DNA of 64,000 nt, taken from NCBI GenBank assembly GCA_963713825.1, contig CAVQNG010000001.1, positions 160,001 through 224,000 on the forward strand, read 5' to 3'. The notes under the pieces are model-generated. The model was not told the DNA's origin and did no database searches. It saw only the letters and a program-made list of their open reading frames with translations. A program made the position numbers and the translations under genes. The first letter of the stretch is position 1. The number at the start of each line of letters is the position of its first letter. This DNA comes from an uncultured Acidobacteriota bacterium (GTDB taxonomy: Bacteria; Acidobacteriota; Thermoanaerobaculia; Multivoradales; JAHEKO01). Positions 1 to 9,805 of the stretch are shown here, piece by piece.

Positions 1-179
1 CTGGGGAACTGCAGACGCTGGATGACTTCGTAGCCCAGAGCGTGCTGTTCGTAGGCTCGATAACCGTTGTCGTCACCGCCCACCTGCTTGGATTCCTTGA
101 GGACCTGCGACACCTGACCGGCGGTCAGGAAACCCTGGCGCTCGAGGATCTGTGCAAGCAGCTTGGGGCTGAGGCTCAT
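1..179 (-). CDS. 5' fragment of a probable GspE/PilB-family secretion ATPase (runs off window edge)
   Basis: Hand translation from ATG at 179: MSLSPKLLAQILERQGFLTAGQVSQVLKESKQ...YEVIQRLQFP, open to the edge; resembles the LxxILxxxGxLT N-terminal helix of GspE/PilB. Only 59 aa are visible. Confidence 0.4.
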   Translation of the reverse strand, partial: MSLSPKLLAQILERQGFLTAGQVSQVLKESKQVGGDDNGYRAYEQHALGYEVIQRLQFP

Positions 180-327
180 GGTTGCGGCCGTGGACTTCCG
201 CTGAACTAAGGACAATGCTTCTCGAAGCGTAGGTGAGTTTAGCAGTAGCTTCTGCCGGCGGCTGTGCCAGGTTCCACCTCCTTCGAGGGCCGAAGGTACA
301 ATCGTTCCCTGAGCGCAAGTACCTGTC

Positions 328-1209
328 ATGTCAGTATCCGTAATCTCTTTGCTCCTGGTCCTGGGCTGCGCAATCGGTTTCGCCGGCGCTGATCTGCTGC
401 GCAAAGTGCTGGCGCACCGGCTTCACCCGGTGCCACTGCTCTTCATTCTGGCGGCCGGAATGAGCCCGGCATTTGTCGGCTGGTGGGTTTGGTCAGGAGC
501 AGCCGCTCCGACGGCTGGCTACTGGGTTCCAGGCTTGGGGTCGGTGCTCCTCAATGTCATCGCCAATCTGGTCTTCTTCGAGGCGGTTCGGATTTCTCCC
601 TTGAGTCTGACGATACCAATGCTCTCCCTGACGCCGGTCTTCACTTCGCTGCTGGCGGTCCCGCTTCTGGGTGAGCGGCCTGGAAGTCTCGAGTGGGTCG
701 GCATCGTGGCCGTGTTTCTCGGCGCCTTCTGGCTGAATGTGGATCGTCGGGGGACACAGCCAGAGCTGCCGATCTGGAGACGACTGGGCAAGGAGCGGGG
801 AAGCCTTCTGATGATTCTGGTCGCAGCCCTCTGGTCGCTGGCGTTGCCTCTCGACAAGCTGGCGCTCCGAAGTGCGAGCGTTCCAGTCCATGGGACCCTG
901 CTCAACCTCGGGGTCGCTCTGATCCTGGCCGCGGTTCTCGTCAGTCGCCCTGGGGGGGGACGTCTGGGCGAGGTTCGTCGGTGGTCCGGTCTCGTCACCG
1001 CTCTGGTGGCGGTGAGCGTCATCGCTCTCGGACTTCAGCTCGTGGCGATTACACGAGTCTGGGTTGGACTGGTCGAGACCCTGAAACGAGCCATTGGTTC
1101 TCTGCTGGCTCTTGTGTCGGGTTGGGCCTTCTTCGGTGAGCAGGTGGATGTTCAGCAAGTGTTGGCAGTCCTGCTGATGGGGGCAGGAGTAGGTCTCGTC
1201 CTGCTCTGA
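328..1209 (+). CDS. EamA/DMT family transporter
   Basis: About 10 hydrophobic segments in two repeats; SPLSLTIPMLSLTPVFT..LLGE and FFGE motifs typical of EamA. Confidence 0.85.
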   Translation: MSVSVISLLLVLGCAIGFAGADLLRKVLAHRLHPVPLLFILAAGMSPAFVGWWVWSGAAAPTAGYWVPGLGSVLLNVIANLVFFEAVRISPLSLTIPMLSLTPVFTSLLAVPLLGERPGSLEWVGIVAVFLGAFWLNVDRRGTQPELPIWRRLGKERGSLLMILVAALWSLALPLDKLALRSASVPVHGTLLNLGVALILAAVLVSRPGGGRLGEVRRWSGLVTALVAVSVIALGLQLVAITRVWVGLVETLKRAIGSLLALVSGWAFFGEQVDVQQVLAVLLMGAGVGLVLL

Positions 1210-1238
1210 GATCGAAGCTCCGACGCGGCGCCGGGAGA

Positions 1239-2420
1239 CTAGGAGCTGGGCCAGTCCTGCTGAAGACGTGCTGTGGAGGTCCAGTGGGCCATCATTTCGG
1301 AGAGTGAGTCGCCGCCCAGCTTCTCCAGAAGAGCGTCGGCAAGGACGAGTGCCAACATGGCCTCGGCGATGACGCCGGCCGCTGGCAGTGCGGTGACGTC
1401 ACTACGCTCGTACTGAGAGATCCGCTCCTCCATGGTGTCGATGTCAACGGAGGGCAGTCCAACGGCCAACGTCGAAATGGGCTTCATGTAGGCGGTAACG
1501 ATGACATCTTGTCCGTTGGTGATGCCGCCCTCGGTGCCTCCAGCGCGGTTGCTGGAGCGCTGCCATCCGGCCTCCTCGGCGAAGAGGATCGGGTCGTGGG
1601 CCTCACTGCCGAATCCGCTGCTGGCCGCAATGGCGCTGCCGATCTCGACGGCCTTGACTGCGGGCACGGACATGATGGCCTGGGCGATGCGGCCGTCGAG
1701 CTTCTCGTTCCACTGAACGTGGGAACCTAGACCGGTGGGGACCCTGTGAGCGATCACGGTGATGCTGCCCCCCAGCGTGTCGCCGATCTGCTTGGCCTGA
1801 TCGACCATCTGCACCATCTCCGGCTCGAGCTCGGTATGGACGGCTCGCAGGGGTGAGCCGTCGTCCATGGCGCTGAGGTCGGCCCAAGAGGGTGTCGTTC
1901 GATCGAGTCCAACGGGTCCAAGTGAGCGCACGCCGCTCTTGATCTCCACCTCGAAATGGGCCAGGAGCTGCTTGGCGATGGCACCTGCAGCCACTCGGGC
2001 TGCGGTCTCACGCGCCGAGGCGCGCTCGAGGACATCCCGGAGGTCTCGACGGTCGTACTTGAGGCCGCCAGCCAGATCGGCGTGGCCAGGTCGGGGTGAC
2101 CGGAGTCTGCGCTGCTCTGCTTTGGCGACATCGAGCTCGAGAGGATCCATGACCTCTCGCCAGTTCTCGAAGTCTCGATTGGCAATCCAGATGCAGATGG
2201 GCGAGCCGAGTGTCGCTCCACCCCGCAGCCCGCCCTTGAACTGGATGTCGTCCTGTTCGATTTGCATGCGCCGGCCTCTGCCGTAGCCATGCTGCCGACG
2301 ACGCAGCTCGCGCTTGATCTGGTCGCGGTCGATGCTGAGGCCGGCCGGCATGCCGCAGAGTATTGCTGTCAGGCCGGGGCCGTGACTCTCTCCCGCTGTC
2401 GTGACTTGGAGTCGCCGCAT
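1239..2420 (-). CDS. aroC: chorismate synthase
   Basis: TAGESHG, RPGHAD, ERASARETAARVAAG, NRAGGTEGGITNG, MKPIST, ERSD signatures. Confidence 0.97.
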   Translation of the reverse strand: MRRLQVTTAGESHGPGLTAILCGMPAGLSIDRDQIKRELRRRQHGYGRGRRMQIEQDDIQFKGGLRGGATLGSPICIWIANRDFENWREVMDPLELDVAKAEQRRLRSPRPGHADLAGGLKYDRRDLRDVLERASARETAARVAAGAIAKQLLAHFEVEIKSGVRSLGPVGLDRTTPSWADLSAMDDGSPLRAVHTELEPEMVQMVDQAKQIGDTLGGSITVIAHRVPTGLGSHVQWNEKLDGRIAQAIMSVPAVKAVEIGSAIAASSGFGSEAHDPILFAEEAGWQRSSNRAGGTEGGITNGQDVIVTAYMKPISTLAVGLPSVDIDTMEERISQYERSDVTALPAAGVIAEAMLALVLADALLEKLGGDSLSEMMAHWTSTARLQQDWPSS

Positions 2421-2435
2421 TTGGCAGTCAGCCTA

Positions 2436-2873
2436 TCAAGAGTCCGTGCTGGGGAGTGGGGTCGCCAGTCGGTCGAACGGTGCTCTGAGGGGCTCTGGGG
2501 TTCGGCAGAGACGGCCGGTCTCGGCGTTCACCCAGACATGCTCGGTCAGGCCGGTCGCCAGTAGATCGTCCTGCCGTCTCACCTCGTAGGCGAATCGGAG
2601 CCGGCGGCTGGCGAGCTCGGCCAGCCAGGCATCGACCTCCAAGGTATCGCCGTACCGCGCTCCGAGTCGATACTCGACCTGACAAGCAGTGACCATCAGG
2701 TGGTAGCCGAGCTCCTCGATCTGCTGGTAATGGAAGCCGGACAAGGTGCAAAGGCGCGTCCGCGCGAGCTCGAACCAGACCAGATAGTTGGCGTGGTGAA
2801 CGACACCCATCTGATCGGTCTCGGCGTAGCGGACCTCGACCTTGGTCGTCGAGCGGACAGGATGGTCTGACAT
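2436..2873 (-). CDS. acyl-CoA thioesterase, YbgC/4HBT hotdog family
   Basis: VRYAETDQMGVVHHANYLVWFELAR motif. Confidence 0.92.
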   Translation of the reverse strand: MSDHPVRSTTKVEVRYAETDQMGVVHHANYLVWFELARTRLCTLSGFHYQQIEELGYHLMVTACQVEYRLGARYGDTLEVDAWLAELASRRLRFAYEVRRQDDLLATGLTEHVWVNAETGRLCRTPEPLRAPFDRLATPLPSTDS

Positions 2874-3574
2874 CAGCCGATACTGTAGCGCAGCACGGTC
2901 CAGAGAATCTTGTACCCAGCCAGAATCGTGCCGCGAAGGGTACCCGTGATCTTCGAGACCCCGACCCGTTTCCGATAGCTGACCGGCACCTCGGTGACCC
3001 GGAGATCGTGCCGGAGGGCCTTGACCTGCATCTCAGCCGTCCAGCCGAAATCTGGATCGGACATGTCGAGGTCTTCGAGAGCCGTCCAAGTAATGGCTCG
3101 AAATGGGCCGAGGTCCGTGAACCGGTGGCCATACAGGACCCGGATCATCGAGCAAGCGATCAGATTGCCGGCCCTGGCTTGCGGTAGCAAAGCCCCGGCC
3201 TCCCTTTCGCCCAGGACGCGAGAGCCGATGACGAGATCTACCTCACCGCTTTGGATTGGTGCTACCAGCGACGGCAGCTCCTCGGGATGGTCGGAGAAGT
3301 CTGCATCGAGGAAGACGACGACATCGGCCGGCTGATGTTGGCGTAGATAGGCGAGTCCGCACAGGCAGGCACTGCCGTAGCCGGGCCGTGGCTCGCTGAC
3401 AACCTGCGCTCCGCCAGCGGCCGCGACTTTTGCGGTGGCGTCGGTCGAGTTGTTGTCGACGACAACGATCCGGGAGACCGGAGGCCGAGGGATGGCGGCC
3501 AGGACAAGGGGAAGAGAAGCCTCCTCGTTGTAGGCCGGAATGACCACGTCGATTGAGGGAGTCTTGAGCGGCAT
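2873..3574 (-). CDS. glycosyltransferase family 2 (DPM1-like)
   Basis: VVIPAYNEE, VVVDNNSTD, FLDAD (DxD), TDLGPFRAI, EVPVSYRKR. Confidence 0.92.
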   Translation of the reverse strand: MPLKTPSIDVVIPAYNEEASLPLVLAAIPRPPVSRIVVVDNNSTDATAKVAAAGGAQVVSEPRPGYGSACLCGLAYLRQHQPADVVVFLDADFSDHPEELPSLVAPIQSGEVDLVIGSRVLGEREAGALLPQARAGNLIACSMIRVLYGHRFTDLGPFRAITWTALEDLDMSDPDFGWTAEMQVKALRHDLRVTEVPVSYRKRVGVSKITGTLRGTILAGYKILWTVLRYSIG

Positions 3575-3707
3575 CGGGAAGGCCAGAAGACGGGGCCTTC
3601 AAGGCCTGCGGTACGTTATCATTGCTGCGGTCGTCGCGGGGGCGCTTGACGCCCCCGCGATGGCATCTAGCCAGGCCAGTCGACGACGAGACGGAGAGGT
3701 CAAAGGA

Positions 3708-4970
3708 ATGGGACGCAAGATCCAGGCGGTCAAGGGAACCCGGGACCTGTTGCCACCTGATACGGCGGTATGGGCTGCGGTGGAGCGAGCCGCACGAGAG
3801 ACCTTCGGGGCCTATGGCTACTCCGAGATCCGAACTCCCATTCTCGAAGATACGGAGCTCTTCGTGCGCTCGGTCGGTGAGAGTACGGACATCGTCGGCA
3901 AGGAGATGTATACCTTCGCTGATCGCAAAGGGAGGAGCCTCTCCTTGCGGCCCGAGAGCACGGCCTCGGTGGCGCGAGCTTTCGTTCAGCATGGAATGCA
4001 AAGCTCCCCATTGCCCCTCAAGGTGTACTACATCGGTCCGCACTTCCGCTACGAAAGGCCGCAGAAAGGGCGCTATCGGCAGTTCTTCCAGATTGGAGCG
4101 GAGCTCTTGGGCGATGCCGGGCCTCAGAGTGACGGCGAAGTCATTCTGATGCTGGTGCGATTTCTCTCCGTCCTGGGCTTCGAGGGACTTGTCGTCCAGC
4201 TCAACACTGTGGGAGATGAAGAGTCGCGACAGGCCTACAAAGAGGGCCTGCTGGAGTTCTTGAATCCCCAGCGTGAGGCCCTGAGCCCTGATAGCCAGCG
4301 CCGTCTCGACAGCAACCCGCTGAGGATTCTGGACTCCAAGGATCCGGCGGATCATGCAGTGCTCGAAGGGGCGCCACGGCTCGAGAGTTTCCTGAATGAC
4401 GAGAGTGCAAGACACTTCGAGGCCGTTCGTTCGATGCTGGATCGCCACGATGTCGCCTATTCCGTCGAACCGCGGTTGGTGAGGGGACTCGACTACTACA
4501 CCCGAACCGTGTTCGAGATCATCGCCGAGGGACTCGGCGCCCAGGACGCCATTGTTGGCGGCGGACGCTACGACGGACTGGTCGAAGAGCTGGGCGGTCA
4601 GCCGTTGCCGGGGATCGGATTCGCCATCGGTGAAGACCGGTTGATCGAGGTGCTGCCGGAGAGTTTCCGAAGCAGGGCCCTGCAGAAGTCTCTTCTGACT
4701 GTGGCTGCGGTGCCGCCGGTCTCAGCCGCCGAGGCAGTGGTTCTGGGGGAGGAGCTTCGCAGCGCGGGCTTCGCTGTACTCGCGGAGCTGGCCGATCGCT
4801 CTGTTCGGTCCGCCCTGAAGCGGGCCGATCGAGCCGCAGTCCGATGGGTCGTGCTGATTGGCGAGCAAGAACAGGCTGCAGGGACCGTGACAGTGCGAGA
4901 TCTCGACAAGGGTAGTCAGGAGACGATGCCTCGTGAGGCTCTCGCGAACTACTTGAGGAGAGCGGAATGA
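3708..4970 (+). CDS. hisS: histidine--tRNA ligase
   Basis: KGTRD, KEMYTF, LRPESTA, RYERPQKGRYRQF, LVRGLDYY, GGGRYDGL; start placed at ATG 3708 after GGAG/AAGGA. Confidence 0.97.
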   Translation: MGRKIQAVKGTRDLLPPDTAVWAAVERAARETFGAYGYSEIRTPILEDTELFVRSVGESTDIVGKEMYTFADRKGRSLSLRPESTASVARAFVQHGMQSSPLPLKVYYIGPHFRYERPQKGRYRQFFQIGAELLGDAGPQSDGEVILMLVRFLSVLGFEGLVVQLNTVGDEESRQAYKEGLLEFLNPQREALSPDSQRRLDSNPLRILDSKDPADHAVLEGAPRLESFLNDESARHFEAVRSMLDRHDVAYSVEPRLVRGLDYYTRTVFEIIAEGLGAQDAIVGGGRYDGLVEELGGQPLPGIGFAIGEDRLIEVLPESFRSRALQKSLLTVAAVPPVSAAEAVVLGEELRSAGFAVLAELADRSVRSALKRADRAAVRWVVLIGEQEQAAGTVTVRDLDKGSQETMPREALANYLRRAE

Positions 4971-6766
4971 AGCGCCGTGGAGCGGGAACGATATCGGCCG
5001 CAGATGTGGGTGACCGGGTCAGGCTGCAGGCTTGGGTTCGCCGCCGGCGAGACCTGGGCGGCCTTATCTTTCTGCAGCTCAGAGACTACTCCGGAGTTGT
5101 TCAGGTGGTGGTCCGGCCCGACGAGCAGCCTGAAGTCGCCAAGAACCTCGATGCCGTGCGGCTCGAATGGGTGGTGGATGTCGAAGGGGTGGTCGAGAAT
5201 CGCACGCCGGAGAACATCAACCCGGAAATGGCGACCGGCGAGATCGAGGTGATCCTGGAGCGGGCGGAGATTCTCTCCCGGTCGGAACCTCTTCCCTTCG
5301 CAGTCGATGGGGAAGTCGACGCCACCGAAGAGACACGACTTCGATATCGCTTTCTCGATCTGCGCCGACAGGAGTTGCAGAGCAATCTGAGGCTGCGGCA
5401 CAAGGTCACCCTGGAGGTCTTGGAGCATTTCGACGAGCGGGGGTTCATCAACGTCGAGACGCCGATTCTGACTCGTTCGACTCCCGAAGGGGCGAGAGAC
5501 TATCTGGTTCCGAGCCGGGTTCATCCCCGGTCGTTCTACGCCCTGCCGCAGTCCCCGCAGCTTTTCAAGCAGATTCTCATGGTGTCCGGCCTGGACCGGT
5601 ATGTTCAGATCGCCCGCTGCTTCCGGGACGAAGATCTGCGCGCCGACCGTCAGCCCGAATTCACCCAGGTCGATGTCGAAATGTCGTTTCCGACAGAGGA
5701 CGAGATCTTCGAGCTCATCGAGAGTCTGTTTGCCAGGATCTTTCCCATCGCCGGCATCGAGCCCGAGGTACCGTTCCCAAGGATGACCTATGAAGAGGCC
5801 ATGCGGCGATTTGGGACGGATCGCCCGGATCTGCGATTCGGGCTGGAGATCGGCGATCTCACCGGCCTTTTGGCGGCAAGCGAATTCCGCGGCTTCCGTC
5901 AGACCGCGGCCGATGGCGGAGTCATCCGGGGGATCAGGGTACCCGCGGCTGCGGGTAGCAGCCGGCGGCTGATCGAGGGGTGGGCCCAGCTGGCTCGAGA
6001 TCATGGTGCCGCCGGGGTGTTGACGCTCAAGAAGACCGACGGCGAGCTACAGTTTCAGGTCAAGGGCGTGCTGAGCCAGGAGGAGATGGGTGCCGTCGCC
6101 GAGCGTCTGGGAATCGCTGATGGCGACTTGGGACTGATTGTGGCCGGGCCCAGTTCGGTAGCGTCTGCAGCCCTGGGCGCCGTTCGTTTGAGCGCTGCTC
6201 GAGAGCTCGATCTGGTGCCGGCCGATCAGCACGCCTTCGTCTGGGTTACTGAGTTTCCCCTGCTCGACTGGGACGAGGATTCGCAACGCTGGTACGCCTG
6301 CCACCATCCGTTCACGAGCCCCGATCCGAGAGATATCGATCGTCTCGAGACCGACCCAGGTAGTGTTCGCTCTAGAGCTTACGATGTCGTCATGAACGGT
6401 CTGGAGCTCGGGGGGGGATCCATCAGAATTCACGACAGCGATGTGCAGCAACGGGCCTTCGCCGCTTTGGGGATTGGGGCGGAGGAGGCTCGAGAGCGCT
6501 TCGGCTTCTTATTGGATGCGCTGCGCTATGGTGCGCCGCCTCACGGTGGTCTGGCCTTGGGCCTGGACAGGATCATCATGGTGATGGCCGGTGCCTCCTC
6601 GATCAGGGATGTCATCGCTTTTCCGAAGACGACCTCGGCTACCTGCCTGATGACCGAGGCCCCTTCACCGGTCGATGCCGCGCAACTCGCGGAGCTGGGA
6701 ATCGCCCCGGCCGATGCCGGGGAATCGAAAGAGCCTGAAGAGCAACCGGAAGACCCGGAATCTTGA
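4967..6766 (+). CDS. aspS: aspartate--tRNA ligase
   Basis: RRRDLGGLIF, STPEGARDYLVPSR, LPQSPQLFKQ, FRDEDLRADRQPEF, GGGSIRIH, YGAPPHGG. Confidence 0.97.
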   Translation: MKRRGAGTISAADVGDRVRLQAWVRRRRDLGGLIFLQLRDYSGVVQVVVRPDEQPEVAKNLDAVRLEWVVDVEGVVENRTPENINPEMATGEIEVILERAEILSRSEPLPFAVDGEVDATEETRLRYRFLDLRRQELQSNLRLRHKVTLEVLEHFDERGFINVETPILTRSTPEGARDYLVPSRVHPRSFYALPQSPQLFKQILMVSGLDRYVQIARCFRDEDLRADRQPEFTQVDVEMSFPTEDEIFELIESLFARIFPIAGIEPEVPFPRMTYEEAMRRFGTDRPDLRFGLEIGDLTGLLAASEFRGFRQTAADGGVIRGIRVPAAAGSSRRLIEGWAQLARDHGAAGVLTLKKTDGELQFQVKGVLSQEEMGAVAERLGIADGDLGLIVAGPSSVASAALGAVRLSAARELDLVPADQHAFVWVTEFPLLDWDEDSQRWYACHHPFTSPDPRDIDRLETDPGSVRSRAYDVVMNGLELGGGSIRIHDSDVQQRAFAALGIGAEEARERFGFLLDALRYGAPPHGGLALGLDRIIMVMAGASSIRDVIAFPKTTSATCLMTEAPSPVDAAQLAELGIAPADAGESKEPEEQPEDPES

Positions 6767-7863
6767 CCCGTTACGACCTGCGGCTGCGACATCCTTCGGG
6801 CGAGACTCCGATCTCGGTCGGGGATGGAGTCCTTGCTGACGGGTCAGGTGACCTCCAGGAATGGGTGCGGCAACGCCGTGTTTTCGTGATCAGCTCGCCG
6901 AGCGTTCTGGAGCTTCACTCTGCGGCGCTGGTGTCCCTTTCCGAACAAGCAGGTGGCTGGCACATTCTCGAGGTTCCGGATGGTGAGGACGCCAAGAGCG
7001 TCGATGTTGCGGCCGACCTGTGGGCCAGGATGCTCGAGGCGGGGGGAAAGCGAGATAGTGGAGTCATCGCTTTCGGTGGAGGGAGTGTTGGAGATCTCGG
7101 CGGATTCGTCGCTGGGTGCTTCATGCGGGGCCTCGAATACGTTCAGCTGCCGACGACCCTCCTGGCGCAGGTCGATGCAGCCGTTGGTGGCAAGACCGCT
7201 GTCAATCTGCCGCAGGCCAAGAACAGCGTTGGCTCGTTTCATCACCCCGCGCTCGTGTTAGCAGAGACGCGTTTTCTGAAGACACTTCCGCACGCAGAGT
7301 TGCGCTCGGGCTTGATGGAAGTCCTCAAGATGGCAGTCATTTGCGATGCGGAGCTCTTTTCGGTGCTAGAGCGAGATCTGGATCGTCTGCTGGAGGGCGA
7401 TGCTGCCCTGTTGGCCCCGGTCGTGGCTGCTGCTGTCCGCGGGAAGATCGACATTGTCGAACGGGATCCGCTAGAAGCTGGCGAGCGGATGCTGTTGAAC
7501 CTGGGACATACCCTGGGGCACGCGCTCGAGGCCAGCCTCGACTACCAGTCACTTCGGCACGGTGAGGCGGTTGGGTACGGCATCCTCTTCGCCGTTCGAT
7601 TGGCAGCGCAACGAGGGTTCTCGGAGGAGACAGCCGGGCGTATCCGCGAGTTGGTGGAGCGATTCGATCTGCCGCGGATTCAAGCCCCCGACGCCGATAC
7701 GTTGCTGCGGCTGATCGGACGAGACAAGAAGGTCGGCGAGGGGGGGTGGCGCTGGGTTCTGCCAGTCGAGCTAGGCAACTGTGAAGTCGTTTCCGGCCTT
7801 GCCGAATCAGCAGTCAGGCACGAGCTCGAGGTCTTTCTAGCCGAGCTCGAGACTACTTCGTAA
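6763..7863 (+). CDS. aroB: 3-dehydroquinate synthase
   Basis: GGGSVGDLGGF, PTTLLAQVDAAVGGKT, KNSVG, LNLGHTLGHALE, HGEAV. Confidence 0.96.
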   Translation: MTRYDLRLRHPSGETPISVGDGVLADGSGDLQEWVRQRRVFVISSPSVLELHSAALVSLSEQAGGWHILEVPDGEDAKSVDVAADLWARMLEAGGKRDSGVIAFGGGSVGDLGGFVAGCFMRGLEYVQLPTTLLAQVDAAVGGKTAVNLPQAKNSVGSFHHPALVLAETRFLKTLPHAELRSGLMEVLKMAVICDAELFSVLERDLDRLLEGDAALLAPVVAAAVRGKIDIVERDPLEAGERMLLNLGHTLGHALEASLDYQSLRHGEAVGYGILFAVRLAAQRGFSEETAGRIRELVERFDLPRIQAPDADTLLRLIGRDKKVGEGGWRWVLPVELGNCEVVSGLAESAVRHELEVFLAELETTS

Positions 7864-8017
7864 CAGCCCAGATCCGAACCATCGGAGAAGCTGGCTACTG
7901 TGAAATGTGGCACGGGAGGGACCCTTGCCCCGGGGCTATAATCGGCTCGGCGATGCGGCTCGAAGCCCGTTCGATGGTTCGGGTCGGCCCTGGCACGTGG
8001 TGAAAGGTAACCGGGAA

Positions 8018-9781
8018 ATGGCATCTTTTCTCAGCATATTCAAGCGCTTGAAGCTGCGCCATTTCCTGTTCGCTCTGCTCCTTTTGGCCGGCATCATTCC
8101 GCTCGCCTTCAGCAGCTTTCTCGTCATTCGCCAGAATCGGGAGATCCTCGAGACTCAGGAGAAGGGCTACCTGACGCGATCGACGCAGTTCCTCTCAGTG
8201 GAGCTGGACAATCACCTCGCCTCGACGCGGCGCCAGTTGATGCAATTGGGCCAAGGTCTGGTCGCGATCCCTTCGAAGTCGGGTATGTCCGACAAGCTCC
8301 GTCAACCCTGGGTCCAGGAGTACCTCCGTGAGTTTCTCTCCACGGATCCGAATCTGGTGGGGCTTCGTGTTCTGGGAACCGACGGTGTAGGGCCCTATAT
8401 CGCCGCGATCCGACAATCACCGGGTTTGAGAGCGCAGCTCGACGGAGCTTTCGCGGAAGCGGAACAAGTAAACCTTGTCGTCTATCGCTTCCTGACACTC
8501 GAAGAGACCGCGGACCCGGTCGCAGTTCTGGCGGTGCCCATTGTCGACTCGAGCGGGCAGCTGCAGCTCTTCGTCGAGGGAGTGACCCGCCTTCGAAGGA
8601 TGGAAACGCTCTTTCAGCAAGAGGCTCGGGGCGAGGTGTCGGTCTTTCTGATCGACAACCAGGGCAGCATTCTGTGGGGTGGGGAGGCGACCGAGGAAAT
8701 GCGCCGTGCGGTGCGCCGATCTCGCCTCGTTCGCGACTTCGTTCAGACCCCATTGAACATGACCCAGGAGTACTCGGTGGTCTCTGATGGGCATGAGGAG
8801 AGGATGCTGGGTAGGGTCGGCCCTGTCGAGGAAGCGGGTTGGGGCGTCGTGATGCAGCGGCCAGCAGCCATCGCATTGGCCGCTGTACAGGAAATGGTCT
8901 TCAACACCGCGGTCTCCACGGCAGTGCTGATCGCGTTTGCACTGGGTATCGCCGTCGCCGCGGCTCGAGGAGTGAGTCGACCGATTCAGGAGCTGGCCGA
9001 TACCACGCATCAGATCGCGGCTGGAAACTTCGGTCAGCGCGTCGAGTTGGGAGTAGCCAGTCAGGAGATCAGGGAGCTGGCCGACGACTTCAATCGCATG
9101 AGCGATCATGTGCGCAGTCATGTCGAGCAGCTCAAGCGGGCGGCGCAGATCAACCGGGACCTGTTCGTCGGCTCGATGCGGTCCTTCGTGGCGGCGATCG
9201 ATGCCAAGGATCCCTATACTCGGGGTCACTCCGAGCGGGTCGCAGCTTACAGTCGAACCATCTCGAAGTTCCTGGGTCTGTCGGAGGAAGATCGTCATCA
9301 GATCTGGGTTGGAGCCCTGCTCCACGATGTCGGCAAGATCGGTATCGAGGACCAGATTCTGACCAAGGTCGATAGACTGACGGATGCAGAGTACGACGTG
9401 ATGAAACAGCATACGGTCATCGGTGCACAGATCATGAGTCGAATCGAGCAGCTCAAGGAGATGATCCCGGCGATTCGTTGGCATCACGAAGCCTGGAACG
9501 GTGAGGGTTACCCGGATGGCCTGCAAGGCGATCAGATTCCCCTGTCGGCACGCATCGTCGCGGTGGCCGATACCTTCGATGCCATCACCACCAACCGCCC
9601 GTATCAGACGGCTTACGATACGGCCTTTGCAGTCGAGACCATTACCAAGCTGGCGGGGAAACGCTTCGATGTCGATGTGGTCTCGGCTTTCCACCGTGCG
9701 TTCGAAGCCGGTCAGATCAAGAAGCGGGAAGTGCCGTTGCCAGTTGCTCCTGCTGATGACAAAGCAGCCGTCGCCAACTGA
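8018..9781 (+). CDS. membrane-bound HD-GYP phosphodiesterase (TM - periplasmic Cache-like - TM - HAMP - HD-GYP)
   Basis: DAKDPYTRGHS, HDVGKIG, HHEAWNGEGYP, VADTFDA, RPY; HAMP (RPIQELADTTHQIAAGNF..EIRELADDFNRM); two TM helices. Confidence 0.92.
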   Translation: MASFLSIFKRLKLRHFLFALLLLAGIIPLAFSSFLVIRQNREILETQEKGYLTRSTQFLSVELDNHLASTRRQLMQLGQGLVAIPSKSGMSDKLRQPWVQEYLREFLSTDPNLVGLRVLGTDGVGPYIAAIRQSPGLRAQLDGAFAEAEQVNLVVYRFLTLEETADPVAVLAVPIVDSSGQLQLFVEGVTRLRRMETLFQQEARGEVSVFLIDNQGSILWGGEATEEMRRAVRRSRLVRDFVQTPLNMTQEYSVVSDGHEERMLGRVGPVEEAGWGVVMQRPAAIALAAVQEMVFNTAVSTAVLIAFALGIAVAAARGVSRPIQELADTTHQIAAGNFGQRVELGVASQEIRELADDFNRMSDHVRSHVEQLKRAAQINRDLFVGSMRSFVAAIDAKDPYTRGHSERVAAYSRTISKFLGLSEEDRHQIWVGALLHDVGKIGIEDQILTKVDRLTDAEYDVMKQHTVIGAQIMSRIEQLKEMIPAIRWHHEAWNGEGYPDGLQGDQIPLSARIVAVADTFDAITTNRPYQTAYDTAFAVETITKLAGKRFDVDVVSAFHRAFEAGQIKKREVPLPVAPADDKAAVAN

Positions 9782-9805
9782 TCGTCCTCCCCGCAAGTCT
9801 CCGCC

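Noticed and set aside
3540-3707. N-terminal extensions given by the ORF track for hisS (also lysS, surE, pcm, nnr, pdp, cinA, glcD-like and DHH)
   Set aside because: They overlap neighbouring genes or promoters and lack family similarity; downstream starts fit better
7908-7928. TGGCAC...TTGC sigma54-like motif upstream of the HD-GYP gene
   Set aside because: GG-to-GC spacing is 16 nt rather than the required 10; TATAAT at 7937-42 is a better -10 candidate
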